Source of the DNA: Caecitellus pseudoparvulus
Lineage: Eukaryota; Protista; Bigyra: Bicosoecida
Length of the DNA stretch: 64,000 bases
Direction of reading: 5' to 3'
NCBI GenBank assembly: GCA_965644315.1
Contig: CBFFRQ010000055.1
Span: 237,650-301,649, forward strand
The translations under genes and the position numbers were made by a program. A model generated the notes under the pieces. It saw only the letters and a program-made list of their open reading frames with translations, searched no databases and was not told the origin of the DNA. Shown here in pieces: positions 38,201 through 50,213 of the stretch. The first letter of the stretch is position 1; each line of letters opens with the position of its first letter.

Positions 38201-41200
38201 CAGCTCCAAGGTCAGGTTGGAGCCCACACCAGCCGGGATAGGGCACACCAACTGTGTGTGAGGTGTGGTGGGGCTGTGGGAGCAGTGCACATCCACCGTG
38301 AAGTCGGAGTGGGGGCTCTGTAGCTGGGCCGCCATCAACGCTGCCTCGGATGGCGGCCCAAAGTTGGCACCCTCAACCAAGATGCTTGCGCCTGCGACGG
38401 GAAGAACGGGCATGGGAGAGACTGTCGTTGTCGCACTGTCGATTTGGGGCAGAGCGTAGCCAGTGGAGGGCAAGTTCAGTGGGGGTGACAACTGTCCCAT
38501 TACTGTGGCTGTAAAGGTCATGTTCGTGCCGACACCGGGCGCAGTCTGGCACAGGATAGACTCGAAGTCAACTTGCACAGAGCAAGCCTGTGCCATGTAC
38601 TTAGCAGGAGCAGCTGGCGGGCCGTACGTGATGGACACTGCCGAGGGATCGGCGGCAAGCAGGTCTGCAGAGGGAAGTTGCTCCCCCGTGAGCAGGATGC
38701 TCGAGCCGCCTTGCGTAGGCCAGGCTGTCTCAGACAAGGCACGACCCCTGGAAGGATCTGTGACACCCGTCACGACGGGCGGAGAGTACCTCAGGGTGGT
38801 TGAGCTCCTTGCAGTGTGAAGGCCGCTTTCCACAAGCACACGGAGGCCCTTTCCAGCGCCTGGGGGGGATTTGCAGTTTATCTGTGTGTTGCTGGTAAAG
38901 GTGCACGCGTCGGTGGGCTCCGCAGTTGAGTCGTGCAGTACAAACGTGAGTGCGTCGCTGACCAACGACACTCGAACTCTGAGAGGGGGTCTGGTAGGAG
39001 AGGCTCCGGCGGAGTAGCCCATGTTCGAGCCCGTGATGCGGATGTTGGGTACGCTGCTGCCACGAGTGGGAAGTGTGCCCTCAGAAGTGACCGCCACGAT
39101 GGCCACGTCGTGCACGTTGGCAACGGAGACAGAAATCGGCAGAGAGGCTTCTCTGGGCACACTGTCGAATGTGCTGCCATGATCAGAGACCGTCAAGACT
39201 GCGGTCAGCACGTCCACGGTCTCCCAGTCCAGGTTCTCAGCCACAATGAGCTGGCCTGAAGCAGAGTCGACACCAAGCGCAGTGGAACCCGTCAGGGTGA
39301 AGGTGAAGTTGGAACTGTCCACATCTGTCACGACTACTCCTGAAGAGAAGCGCGTGCCAACGTTGGCGTCTTCGGGCAAGCTCGGAGTCTCGGGCTGGGA
39401 GAGGGTGGGTGGCTCGTTGCGGTCCAGGACCCGAATTGTCGCCACCCCTTCCACAAACAATGCCGCAGAGGAGTTATCGGTGGCTCGAACTGCTACATCA
39501 ATGGTGGGAATGCAAGTTTTTGACGCTGGCGGGCATTGGGCTGCGCGCAGAGTCTCAAAGTCCAGCGACCCGCCAGGTGCCAAGGCAAACACTCCAGTAC
39601 TGGGGTCCAGCTCGAATGTCGCCGGTGCAGCAGGGCCTAAGGTGTAGGAGACCCCGTCACCATCCTCATCTGCGGCCTGGACTCCAGGGGGTCCGTCGTC
39701 GACAGGAAACACGGCAGTCCCACTGGCAGAGTTCTCGAACATGCTGAAGAAGTTGAGAGGGGGCAGGGAAGCTGCTACCCACTGCGGGGGCTCTGGCACA
39801 TCCTCCACACTCACTGTGAATGAAATGGACGAGGAAAGTGCAGGCACAGACGCTTCCACTGGGGAATCGGTCGCCACTAGCGTCAACTTGTGCGCTGACT
39901 TGTGCTCGTAGTCCAGTCTGTTGGCTGCGATGAGCTGCACAGAGACGGCACCACCGGCGCCCAAGTGGGCAGCAAACAACGGATTCCCATTGACCCCTGC
40001 GTTCTCTGCATCAGCAAGCAGCTGCACATTCACAGTGTCCCCTGCGTCGGTGTCTGAAACAGTCAGCTGCGCGACCTCGGCCCCAGCTGCTGCGTTCTCA
40101 GCGACCGCCGCTGTACTTCCCAGACTAATCGAAGGAGCGTGGTTCACATTGGTAAGCTCCAGGGTGAATGTCTCCGGAGCGGACGTCAGCTCTCCGTCCG
40201 AAATGGTGATTTGCGCTGATATGGTGTGCGTTGGAAGCTCTGCGTTGTCGTACGCTGCCTCGCTCGCCTTGGCGGGGTCGATGCGCAGCGCCCCCGTGGT
40301 CGGATCCAGGACGAGCCAGTCCCCAGAGTCTTGGCTGGTGATCTGAAACGTGGGAGATCCTCCGCTTGCTGGAGGACGAAAGGCTGTGGTTGTGTCAGGG
40401 TCTTGCCAGTAGGCATCTGCCGAAAGCAGGAAGGGGGTGCTGACCTTTTCTTCCTGCAGGAACGTCGCACCGGTCATGCTGGGAGCTTCGTTGACGTCGA
40501 GAACCGACACCACAACCTCCTGCCTGACGCTGTTAGTCCCATCAGACACAGATACGTTCAAGCGGATCACGGGGGGTCCTGCTGCAAGCAGGGTTTCGTA
40601 GTCGAGTGCGGCAGGGTCGCTGACGCGCAGCGCAAGGTTCCAGCTTGTCGACGTCTCCCTCGTTGGCAGCAGCTCGAAAGTGGAGCTTCCTTCTGGAATG
40701 GAAAAGTCAAGGGCAGCTCCTTCTGGATCGAAAAATGACATGTTCGTCGTGATGAAGTTGGATGACTGGTCCAGGACGCCGACGAACGTGCCTGGGTCTG
40801 AGTTCTCATGAATGCTGAAAGCAGTCGCACCGAGGCTGGTGGGGGGCTCGTTGACATCACCGACACTAATGGAGAGGGTGTTCTGGGCAGTTGCGACACC
40901 GTCCGTCACAGAGACCAAGCACGAGTGGCTGGGGTCTCGTTCAAAGTTTGGCGGCGTCTGCACGACAGCTTGGCCCGAGGGAGTGATGCTGAAAGGGCAG
41001 GGCCCGACTGGCGAGAACGTCAACTCGTCCCCGTCCTCATCGTCGGCGTGTGGAAGGAAGTTCATGATGACAGTCCCTGCAGGGCTGTTCTCCAGGACGG
41101 ACCCAGACATGGAGGCAAGGGTGGGCTTGTCGTTTCGGTCTTGGACAGTCACTGCCACTGTGGAAGTCGTGGACAATGCAGGACTGCCCGAGTCTGTTGC

Positions 41201-44200
41201 CTGGATGGTCACGCTGTGCGCTTCTGAGTCCTCAAAGTTCAACTCTTCCTCAGTTCGAAGCAGGTTGGTGCCGGGCTCGATTGAGAAACGACTGCTCTCT
41301 GCGCCAATAATGGCAAGCGTCGTGGTCTGCCCGGCGTCTTGGTCCAGGGCCTGCAGAGGCAGGCCAAACGTCGTCCCTACTGGGCTGTTCTCTGCGACGA
41401 AGCCTGGCTGGGCATAGATGACGGGCGGCTCGTTGGCATCTGTGATGGAGACAGTGGTAGACTCGGAGTCAGTCAGACCAGTGGAGTCCTCTGCGACCAC
41501 GAGCAATGTGACGACAGGCTGAAGCTCAAAGTCCAGCGGACCTGCGACGGAGATCACACCCGTCACCGCGTCGATCTCGAAGCCGGAACCCGCACCACCC
41601 GAAAGAGAGAATGTGGCAGAATCTCCGGCATCTTCGTCAGAGGTGATGATGGGGCTAGAGATGGCAGTGCCGACGGTGGCCACCTCTGATGCCGTCAGTG
41701 AGCTGGGCATGGAGAAGGAAGGTGGCTCTGCAACGTCTTTCACAGTGACATAGATCGTGCTGGCTGCCTCCAGGTCCTCAGCCGACACCTCGATTTCGAT
41801 CGTGTAGCTGGCAACAGCTTCGTGGTTGAGCCCCGGGGACTTGTCTGTGACGAACAAGTTTCCGCTGCATGGGTGCAAGAAGAACAACCCATCTTCGTTC
41901 CCGCTGGTGATGTTGTAGGTGAGGTCAATGGTGGCCTTTGCGTGGCTGGCCCCCACAGAGCACACGAGAGTCTCTGCCGGAGAGTTCTCTGGCACGTTGC
42001 AGTAGTATGCAGGCTGCGTAAAGGCAGGCGGCTCACCGATGTCCTGCACATTCACTCTGAACGTCGTGCTGATGGAGTGTGACGAAGCTGTGTCGCTGGC
42101 TGTGATTTCGACGTCGTAGAAGGCGGTCGCCTCGAAGTTCAGCGCGGCAGCTGTCTCCATGGAAACTGTCCTCGCAGTAGGAGAAACGAAGCTAAAGACG
42201 TCGATTGGCACCACTGACGAGGAGAAGGTGTACGAGGCTCCGGCGTCCTGATCGACAACCTCGATGTCCACAACATGGGTGCCGGGTGGGTCCGTCTCCC
42301 ATGGAGATGCTAGGCTGGTGACGATGATGTTGCTGGGGGGTTCGTTGACGTCTGTGATTGTGATTGTGAAGGTCTTGGAGAAGACTGTCCCAGCAGAGTC
42401 TTGGGCCTGCACAGTGACATCGATGGTTGGCGTGGACTCGTGGTTTGGGACGGCGGAGACGATCAGGCGGTTCCCGCCTGACACAGACACGCCACCCGAG
42501 CTACCCAGGACGCCAAAGAAGTGCACATCTCCGGCGTCCTGGTCGACCGCCGAGAGAAAACCAATCGTGCTGCCAATGGCTGAGTTCTCCGCAATGATCG
42601 TGTTGGTGAGGAGAATGTCGCTGGGAGGGTCGTTCACGTCGTTGACTGTCACGCTGAATGACTGAGAAACTGAGGCCCCTTCAGAGTCTGTTGCCGTAAT
42701 AGTGACGGGAATCGACGCTGAGACTTCGTGGTCCAGGGGCATCTTCGTCACGAGCAAGTTCCCGCTTAGCACTTCAAGAGAGGCGCCGCCAGCTGTCAGG
42801 GTGAAGCTATGGCTGTCAAACACGTTTGGGTCGGCTGCTGAGAGGGTGCCCACGAGGGTCCCTGCCGGCTTGTTCTCGTCCACTGTCTTGGGGGAGAGCC
42901 CGACGCCGGTGGGGGGAAAGTTCAACTCCACGACCTTGCCAGGTGCCACGGCAGAGCCTGAGACGCTCCCCGAAACAGCCACCGCCTTCACTGCCATGGG
43001 GGTGTACACAACCAGGTCTGACACTTCAAGGTTGATGGACCATGTCCTGGATGCCCCTGATCCTGAAGCAACACCAGTGCCGAGGTTGATGGAGCTTCCA
43101 GCCACCTCACGGAAGAAGGTGACGGACGAAATGGAGAAGGAGGTGGACGCAGCTTGCTTGACTCGGAGTACGTTTGGCTCGTAGTTCTTGAACGTGGCAG
43201 TGCCGTCGACGGGGTGAGAGACCCACTCCAGCCGGGGTCCGTTGTTGCGGACTTCCACGAGTGAGTTTGTGGTGAAGGTGCGGCCGTCCACGCCGGACTC
43301 CGTCCCGGACACCTCAAACACGTACGTGCCCACACCTGTCTCGAAGGTGGTGGTGTCGACAAGGACGGAGTACACGAAGTTCCCATTCGACTGCACATAG
43401 TCAGGGACCCCCGAGGCCGTGGCTGTATGCTGGTCCACGCCAGCCGTCGTCCGAATGGCAAAGGACACAGATGTGACTGTGTTGACAATGGAGGCGGCGA
43501 ACAGCACAATGCCTGATGCCGTCTCTGTGGGTTGCAGAATCTGCACAGACTCAATGCCGACGGTGGCTTTCTGCAGGTCATTCTCATCCAAAACGTACAC
43601 CCAGTTGAAGGACACTGTCGCGCCAGGATCGATCGGCGGGAACTTGAACATCAGGTTCACTGCCTCATCACGCGTGCGGGGTGATGCCTCGCTGAAACTC
43701 TTCCATCCATTCTCGTTCCAAGCTGCAGCAGGGTCATTATTGTTGAAACCAAAGTGATTTACGCGGGAGTCGGGGTGCACCGTGCCCAGGCCCAAGACAA
43801 GGTCAGGATACCGCCTCCCAACTGCCGTGACGAGGGCCGTGTGGGGAGAAGTAGGGTGCTCGTACCCCGCCGGGTCTCTGTCCCGCACAGGCTGGTACTG
43901 CACCCAGTTATTCGTGGTGAAGTCCCCAGAGTGTGGCTGCTCTTGGTCAGGATCGACTGTCCGCATGTAGTACAGTTCATGCATCGCCACGCTCATCGTG
44001 TTCTTGATGGTGATGCTGGTTGTGAAGTACAGGTCGTCGGCGTTGAAGGACGTCGTCTGCTGCAGCTGGAGGGCTCCGTCCGTAGTGCCAGTCCACGTGG
44101 ACGTCGCCCGCGTTCCGGATGTGAAACAGTCGATTTCTGTACTGCCAGTGAACTGATTCATGCCGACAAGTCCTTTCATCATGCGAGTTTTCTTGGTTCC

Positions 44201-44728
44201 GGACGCAGAGCCGGTCCTCCACGACACGCCCCAGCCCTCAACGGGTGATCCCGGCACAAAGTAGTCCCCACTGAACTTCGGGGTCCCAACATTGTACCCG
44301 TCACGGCCTGCTCGAATCGAAGTGGGGGGCGGCTCGTAGTGTGTGACGGGCTTCTGAAGCCGTCCTGAGCGCGCTGGTGCAAGGCACGCCACGCACCGTG
44401 GTCAGCAGTAAAGCCCAGGCCATATGGCCATCCTCTGCTCCCAGTCTTGTAGTTAAACGAGGAGGGAGGAGCCCGCACAGTCCCGTAAGACCCAGTCTGT
44501 GTGGAGGGGGCGTGAGTTGTGTGCTGCAACGTGGGGGACCGTGCCCATTTCCGCTCAGCGCCTTCGCACCGCGTGAATGCCAATCTCCATGTACGTGCCC
44601 TTCAAAAAGCACTCCCCAGAGATCTTGTGTGCCTCAAGATCGTCAGTCCGTGCTCCCACGAGCACGATGGCGGCCACCGTCCCAAGGAAACGAAAGAAGG
44701 TGTGGTGGGGCAGCATCGGTGACTCCAT
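32210..44728 (-). CDS. Giant (about 4100 aa) cell-surface protein: N-terminal domain, about 12 cadherin repeats, many IPT/TIG repeats, Cys-rich region, multi-pass TM C-terminus
   Basis: Cadherin Ca-binding motifs (VxEN, LDxE, AxDxD, DxNEPP) at about 39100-42930; IPT motifs (GG..ITITGxNFG..IxC..PxG.G); CxxCPxGAxC; about 9 hydrophobic helices. 5' exons MESPML..GIHA and TGSYGT..ADHG are joined by GT-AG introns. Confidence 0.9.
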
Positions 44729-45136
44729 GGTGCGCAGAGTTCACCTCACGGCAGGCAAACCAAGCTCGCACAAGAAGGTGAGAATGTCAAAAGTCAGAAG
44801 GTCTTTTAGCAGTGAGCATGTTTTCCTTTCTTTTGCCCCAGCGCGAGGTTTGTAGGTGTGCCCAGCCGAGGAGGTCTGCACGCTTGCCTCTGCCGGCAGA
44901 GAACAGGCCACGCGGAACCGGGGCGTATCCAATCCGGTCTTTGTGGTTTGGGTGCAGGAAGTGCTGCTCAGTGCTCTTGGCAGCGCGCGATATGCAGGCG
45001 GGCTCGAGCTTCGCGCCGACCGCTGCCACGCTCCAAGCCGCCCTGCCGCAATAAGGGCTGTCCGGCACATCGCAACGTTGAAAACCTGAGCATCTCCAGG
45101 CAAGCCGATGATGATGAGCGGATCACAGTTGCGGTG

Positions 45137-46047
45137 ATGATGCTTGTTCGAGGCTCCCGGCGCATCGCGGCTGCGTGCGTGGCTGCTGCAGGGGCAGCAA
45201 GCCTGGCTCAACGCTCGCCAGCTGCAGCGTCTGGGCGAGAGACATGCCCCTGGTGCATTCCAAGCACTGCCGAGTTCATCAAGGGTGGAGCTCAGGGAGT
45301 TTCCGCCTTACGGCCGGGCACTGAGCCCTTCAGCCATGTAAGCTGGGCGCTGCGCCACTCTGCCCCCACTGCTGTTGCCAGCTCTGACGTGCAGCCCACC
45401 CTGTGGAGCACAGTTCAAGGAGTGGTTAGAGAGTGCCATACATGCAGGGGATCTGCCAGGCGATGGGGTGCCCATGGCACTGGCGACAAGCACGGCTGAG
45501 GGGCAGCCGTCTGTGCGCGTGCGTGTGCAGATTCCGCAGGGGTGCACCACGCCGCCATGCCACGGCGCCGCCTGTCTGCCTGAGCATTGCGCAGGTCGTG
45601 CTGCTGAAGGAGGTGGACGATGAAGGCTTCATTTTTTACACAAACAACCACTCCAGGAAGGGCAGGGAGCTCTTGAAGAACCCTCAGGTGGCCATGGTCA
45701 TGCACTGGCCTGGCGCTGGAAAGCAGGTGCGCATTGAAGGCGTGGCTGAGCCGTTGCCCGCGGAAGCTTCCGACGCCTACTTCGCGACACGGTCTCGAGG
45801 AAGCCAGCTTGCAGCGGCCTGCTCGGCGCAGTCTGCCCCACTGGACAGCCGCGGGGAGCTGCTGGCCAAGTGGGAAGCCTTGGCCTCCGCACGGGCGCCG
45901 CCAGCTCGCCCGGGCCACTGGGGTGGTTGGCGCGTGCTGCCGACTCGGGTGGAGTTCTGGCAGGACGGCGAGCACCGCCTGCACCACCGCCTGCTGTACA
46001 CGTCTGATGGCTCAGGGGGCTGGCTGTGCTCCCAGCTGCAGCCCTGA
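45137..46047 (+). CDS. PNPO: Pyridoxamine/pyridoxine 5'-phosphate oxidase
   Basis: MALATS..PSVR|VVLLK..FYTN..SRKG..QVRIEG..YFATR..EFWQ..RLH.R..LQP. Two introns. Confidence 0.93.
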
Positions 46048-46109
46048 GCGAGCGGGACAGGCGGAATGCACCCCAACCCGACCCCAGTCAAGCACTCTCC
46101 CGCCAGCTG

Positions 46110-49100
46110 TCACTCTGAGAACGAAACGCCCCGTCGGGGTGCAGAGGTGGAGCCACGCCCTGCCCCCTGGCGCATGGGTGTGTCCCGTTCCGGGCTGGCT
46201 TCCCTTGGTTCCGCATGGCCCGATTCGGCGGCGGCGGGCTCCTGTGCCCCACTGCCGACGCCCTGGGCCAATAGCGCGGCGATGTCCCCCTCATCCTCCA
46301 GGACCGCCTCCAGGGCATCGTCCACAGCACTGGCGAGCAGGGCCCCCGGCATGGACACCGACGGGCGCTGGCGCTGGGAGGGCGCTGTGCTGTGGCGCAG
46401 GTGGTTGGAGATGAGGTGCCGCATGCGCCACACACGGCGCGTGCCCAGGGCCGACGTGAGGATGCGCAGGGGGGAATGCGCCGGCACCCACGCGACAGTG
46501 GCGGAGCTGCCCGCGAACGCCGCCATGTGCACCTGGTGCAGCGTCTCGGGGTCGGGCAGGGTCGTGCCCGCCCGGAGGAGCTGGGAGTGCAGAGCCTGCA
46601 CTAGGCTCTTGATGCTGTGGTGGTCGGCAAAGCCCACCTTGTCCGGGGCGGCGGCCCGCCAGAGCAGGAGGATATACAGCAGCGCCAGCTGGGCGTCCCC
46701 TGACCGGGCGCACAGCTTCATGGGGATCTGCAGGCGGTGCTCCAGCCCCGCCACCCGGTGGAAGACGCCGTCCACCGCGAGCTGCAGCACCACCGCCGCG
46801 CCGAGGGCTGGGAAGGCGACGCTGATGCCCACTGCGTCGTCCAGGAATTTCCGCAGCACGTTGGTGTCGCGGCGGAGGGCCACCATGCTGGCGGTGGTGC
46901 AGGCCAGGCGTGGCTTGCTGGGGTCCAGGTCCGTGGTGCCCCGCACAAGTGCTTGCACCAAGCGGTGCAAGTAGGCCGTCACCAGGCACTCTGCGACGAT
47001 GCCAGCAGTGCGCGTGGCGAAGAAGCGATCCAGGGCCAGGGTGGTCGAGAGGACTGCCAGGCGTGAGGCCACGGCAGCGCACACCGCCGCCACGTCGCCG
47101 CCCGGGTGGTGGTGCCCTGCGCCGGGTCTCGCTGGCTCGGGCGCCGGTGGCGGCTGGTCCCACAGCGGCCCGAACAGGCGCACAGAGAAGAGGCCCGGCG
47201 GCGGCGGGGCGTCAAAGTGCAGGGCCAGGCGCTGGGGTGCGCCGCCGCCGCCGGCCGCCCCACCACCGCCACCGCTCGTCAGGGCTGCGAAGCTGCGGCG
47301 CAGGAAGCTCTGCCGGGGCTGGGCTGCTGCTGCAGTGGCGGCGGCGGGGGTGTATGCTGCAGCACTGCGGCGGGGAGGGGAGGGCAGGGGCCTGTGCACG
47401 CCCAGCACTGCCTGGGGCAGCTCCACAGCCAGGTCCTGCGCCAACACCTGCGCCGCCTGCTTGGCTCTCTGCAGGGCAGCTGACAGGCCCCGGCTAGGGT
47501 CTGCGAAGGGAAAGCAGGTGGACTCCCGCGGGTCCGCGTCAAAGTACCCCCGCATGCGCCCCAGCGTGGCCCAGCGGTAGTTGGCGACGTGGCGCTTGCG
47601 CAGCTGGGGCGCCAGGGCAGCGTCCAGTCGCCCCGCCACCCCCGACATGCACACTGCCTCATTCACAGCTTGCACGAGGGCCTGGGGACAGTCTCGAGGC
47701 GCGCTGGCCAGGCGCTGTGTGCGCTGCAGCACAGCCTCCGCCAGCTCCAGGCACAGCACCCGCGTGAGGTGGGCCGACCGCAGGCGCAGGGGCGTGAGAA
47801 CGTGGGTGGCCACCGTCTTCGGCAGGCTGCCCTTGGCGGCCTGCAGGCTGGGGCGGCAGCCCGCCGTGAGCAGGCGGTCCGCACAGGCCGCGCCGGCACT
47901 GCGCAGCTGCAGCAGGGGCCGCTGCATCACCGCCAACATGTGCATGAAGTCGCTCCACGCCGCCTCGGCCTCAGCTTCGGCTGCCTGGGACGTCTCTGCA
48001 TCCACGGGCGCCGGCTGTTCCTGGGCACCCACCTGCAGCACGGTGGGCTGCTGCCCCGGCTGGTCAGCCTCCTGCATGGCCCGCTCCATGCCCTCCCGCA
48101 CAGCGGCGTCCTTCTGCGCAGCACGGACCAGGGCGGCGGCGATGTCCGGGGGGGAGGCGGGCGCCGCTGCACCCGTCTCCTGCGCCAGCATGAGGTACGA
48201 GTCTTGCACAGGGAGGGTGGAGGCGGGGGGCAGGGGCACGTTGGGCGCCAGGCGCTGTGCCAGCTGCCCCATGTGTCGCATGGACATGGTCACGTGGCTC
48301 TCCAGGGCCGCCACGAAGCACGCCAGGCGGCGCTGCTGCCCCGCGTCCAGGCGCTGCGCCGTGCCCAGGCCGGCCAGGAAGCCAGGTGCAGCGTCCGGCG
48401 CATCGCTTGCGCCCTCTACACCCTCAGTGTCTCCTTGCTCAGGCGACTGGGCTGGGCCGGTGGTGTGGGTGGACAGACGCACGAGCAGACCTGCCCCAGA
48501 CACGGCACGAGAGCGCTCCTTGAGGCACACCCCCAGCTGTGCCAGGTACGACGCTGCCGCCAGGTGAGGGGGCGGCTCGCCATCGCCGGCGTCAGGCGCC
48601 AGGGGAGCCTCCAGGGCAGACAGCAGTGCCTCGTCGAAAGCGAGCAGGGCCAGGCCGACGAGGGTCATGTGCCCCGCCGCGCCCAGGTGCGTGAGGAGGT
48701 AGTCCTGGAAGGCGTTGAAGCGGCAGATGCCGGCGAGGGTGGTGAGGAAGGCGGCATCCCCCGAGGCGGGGGCGAGGCCCACCCCCCCTCCGCCTGGGCG
48801 GTCCATGCTGGCCAGCCCGCCTCGGCCCAGCACTCGCTGCACGGCGTCCCGCACAGTGCCCTGGCTGGAGAGAGCTGCCGGGGGCGGCGCCGCCATGAAG
48901 CTGGCAGCAGCCGACCGCCCGCGCCCCTCCCTCCCCCGGCGCCCGCCAGACGCCATGGCAGCTGCTCGGGCTGCAATGGCGTCGAAGTCAGGCTGGGCAG
49001 GCGCCGGCGGGGGGGTGCTGGCGCTGCCTGCGTCGGTGCCGCCCCCCTCAGCGGCTACAGGAGCCGCCGCTGCCTGCTCCTTGGCTGGAGCTGGGAGCCC

Positions 49101-50213
49101 CAACTCTGCCGCCAGCACCTCCTCAGCGGGGGTGGCGGGCTGAGCCAGGAGGGCGCTGGCCCAGCGCGCGAGGAGGGCTTGGCGCGCTGGGCCATCTGCC
49201 GCCTGCAGCAGGGTCTGCAGCAGGGGCAGGCGCGTCCACGCCTGCACATCGGAAGCCAGGACAGGGTGCAGGGGGGACAGGTCGCCCCGCCCTGCCAGGG
49301 GAGTCTGCAGCATGGCCTTGCCTATGGCGCTGGCCAGGACGGCGGGGGAGGCCCGGCCTAGGAGGGAGGGCGCCACGGGGGATTTTTGCACCTTGCCCGT
49401 GTCCTTGCGCCCTGAGGGGGGGGGTCGGGGCGCCTGCGTGGCCCCCCCAGCAGCCCCCCCCTGGGGACACACATGCTCAGCCACAGCTCGCAGCACGGCA
49501 GCTGCGTTGGCTCCGCTGGTGCAGCGCGCATACAGCACGAGGGGCACACGCACGCCCAGGAGACTGCTCGCCTGCCACCGCTTCAGCGCGCCGGCGGGGC
49601 TTTCCAGTGGCCTGGCTTCAGGGGTGCTGCCGCTGCCGCTGCCGCTGGCTGCGTCCAGAGCGCTGTGGCTGGCGAACCGGCTGCGCGCCTCAGACGGCGA
49701 AGGGGCGGGGGACACGGAACCCGCCGCGGCAGAGGAGGCCCGGGCCCGCGTGCGTGGGCGAGGGGCGGCCGGTGTGGGTGATGCTGCGGAGAGGGCACTG
49801 GCGGCGGCGGGGGGAGGGGGCAGGCTAGGCGCAACGGATTCCCACCACCCGCTGCGGCCGCAGCCCTCGTCAATGGCAGCTATCCAGCGTGTCGCCAGCC
49901 CTGCGCTGTTGGCGCTGCAGAGCAGGTCTCGCTCCGGTGCCACGAGGCACCAGGCGTGCTGCGGGATGCCGCTACCGTGCAGGTCGCTGGTGCCAGCTTG
50001 CAGCGGCGCCTGCCGACACCCAGGCAGCAGCTGCACGGCACCCTTCCGCCGCCGACTGGCACAGGCGTCGGCGAAACTGCCGTAGTACTGCAGGCTGCCG
50101 TGGCGCAGGATGAAGTAGCGCCGCTTCCACGTCTTGCGGCGGGCACCTCGCTTGCCGAGCCAGCCGGCAGCGAGGATGCTGCCGTCCGCAGACAGCTCGG
50201 GGGGGACCTGCAT
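46110..50213 (-). CDS. Large protein with N-terminal PH domain and helical C-terminal region
   Basis: AGWLGKRGARRKTWKRRYFIL..LQYY..KGAVQL..RWIAAI is a typical PH domain; 1370-aa continuous ORF. Confidence 0.8.
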   Translation of the reverse strand: MQVPPELSADGSILAAGWLGKRGARRKTWKRRYFILRHGSLQYYGSFADACASRRRKGAVQLLPGCRQAPLQAGTSDLHGSGIPQHAWCLVAPERDLLCSANSAGLATRWIAAIDEGCGRSGWWESVAPSLPPPPAAASALSAASPTPAAPRPRTRARASSAAAGSVSPAPSPSEARSRFASHSALDAASGSGSGSTPEARPLESPAGALKRWQASSLLGVRVPLVLYARCTSGANAAAVLRAVAEHVCPQGGAAGGATQAPRPPPSGRKDTGKVQKSPVAPSLLGRASPAVLASAIGKAMLQTPLAGRGDLSPLHPVLASDVQAWTRLPLLQTLLQAADGPARQALLARWASALLAQPATPAEEVLAAELGLPAPAKEQAAAAPVAAEGGGTDAGSASTPPPAPAQPDFDAIAARAAAMASGGRRGREGRGRSAAASFMAAPPPAALSSQGTVRDAVQRVLGRGGLASMDRPGGGGVGLAPASGDAAFLTTLAGICRFNAFQDYLLTHLGAAGHMTLVGLALLAFDEALLSALEAPLAPDAGDGEPPPHLAAASYLAQLGVCLKERSRAVSGAGLLVRLSTHTTGPAQSPEQGDTEGVEGASDAPDAAPGFLAGLGTAQRLDAGQQRRLACFVAALESHVTMSMRHMGQLAQRLAPNVPLPPASTLPVQDSYLMLAQETGAAAPASPPDIAAALVRAAQKDAAVREGMERAMQEADQPGQQPTVLQVGAQEQPAPVDAETSQAAEAEAEAAWSDFMHMLAVMQRPLLQLRSAGAACADRLLTAGCRPSLQAAKGSLPKTVATHVLTPLRLRSAHLTRVLCLELAEAVLQRTQRLASAPRDCPQALVQAVNEAVCMSGVAGRLDAALAPQLRKRHVANYRWATLGRMRGYFDADPRESTCFPFADPSRGLSAALQRAKQAAQVLAQDLAVELPQAVLGVHRPLPSPPRRSAAAYTPAAATAAAAQPRQSFLRRSFAALTSGGGGGAAGGGGAPQRLALHFDAPPPPGLFSVRLFGPLWDQPPPAPEPARPGAGHHHPGGDVAAVCAAVASRLAVLSTTLALDRFFATRTAGIVAECLVTAYLHRLVQALVRGTTDLDPSKPRLACTTASMVALRRDTNVLRKFLDDAVGISVAFPALGAAVVLQLAVDGVFHRVAGLEHRLQIPMKLCARSGDAQLALLYILLLWRAAAPDKVGFADHHSIKSLVQALHSQLLRAGTTLPDPETLHQVHMAAFAGSSATVAWVPAHSPLRILTSALGTRRVWRMRHLISNHLRHSTAPSQRQRPSVSMPGALLASAVDDALEAVLEDEGDIAALLAQGVGSGAQEPAAAESGHAEPREASPERDTPMRQGAGRGSTSAPRRGVSFSE

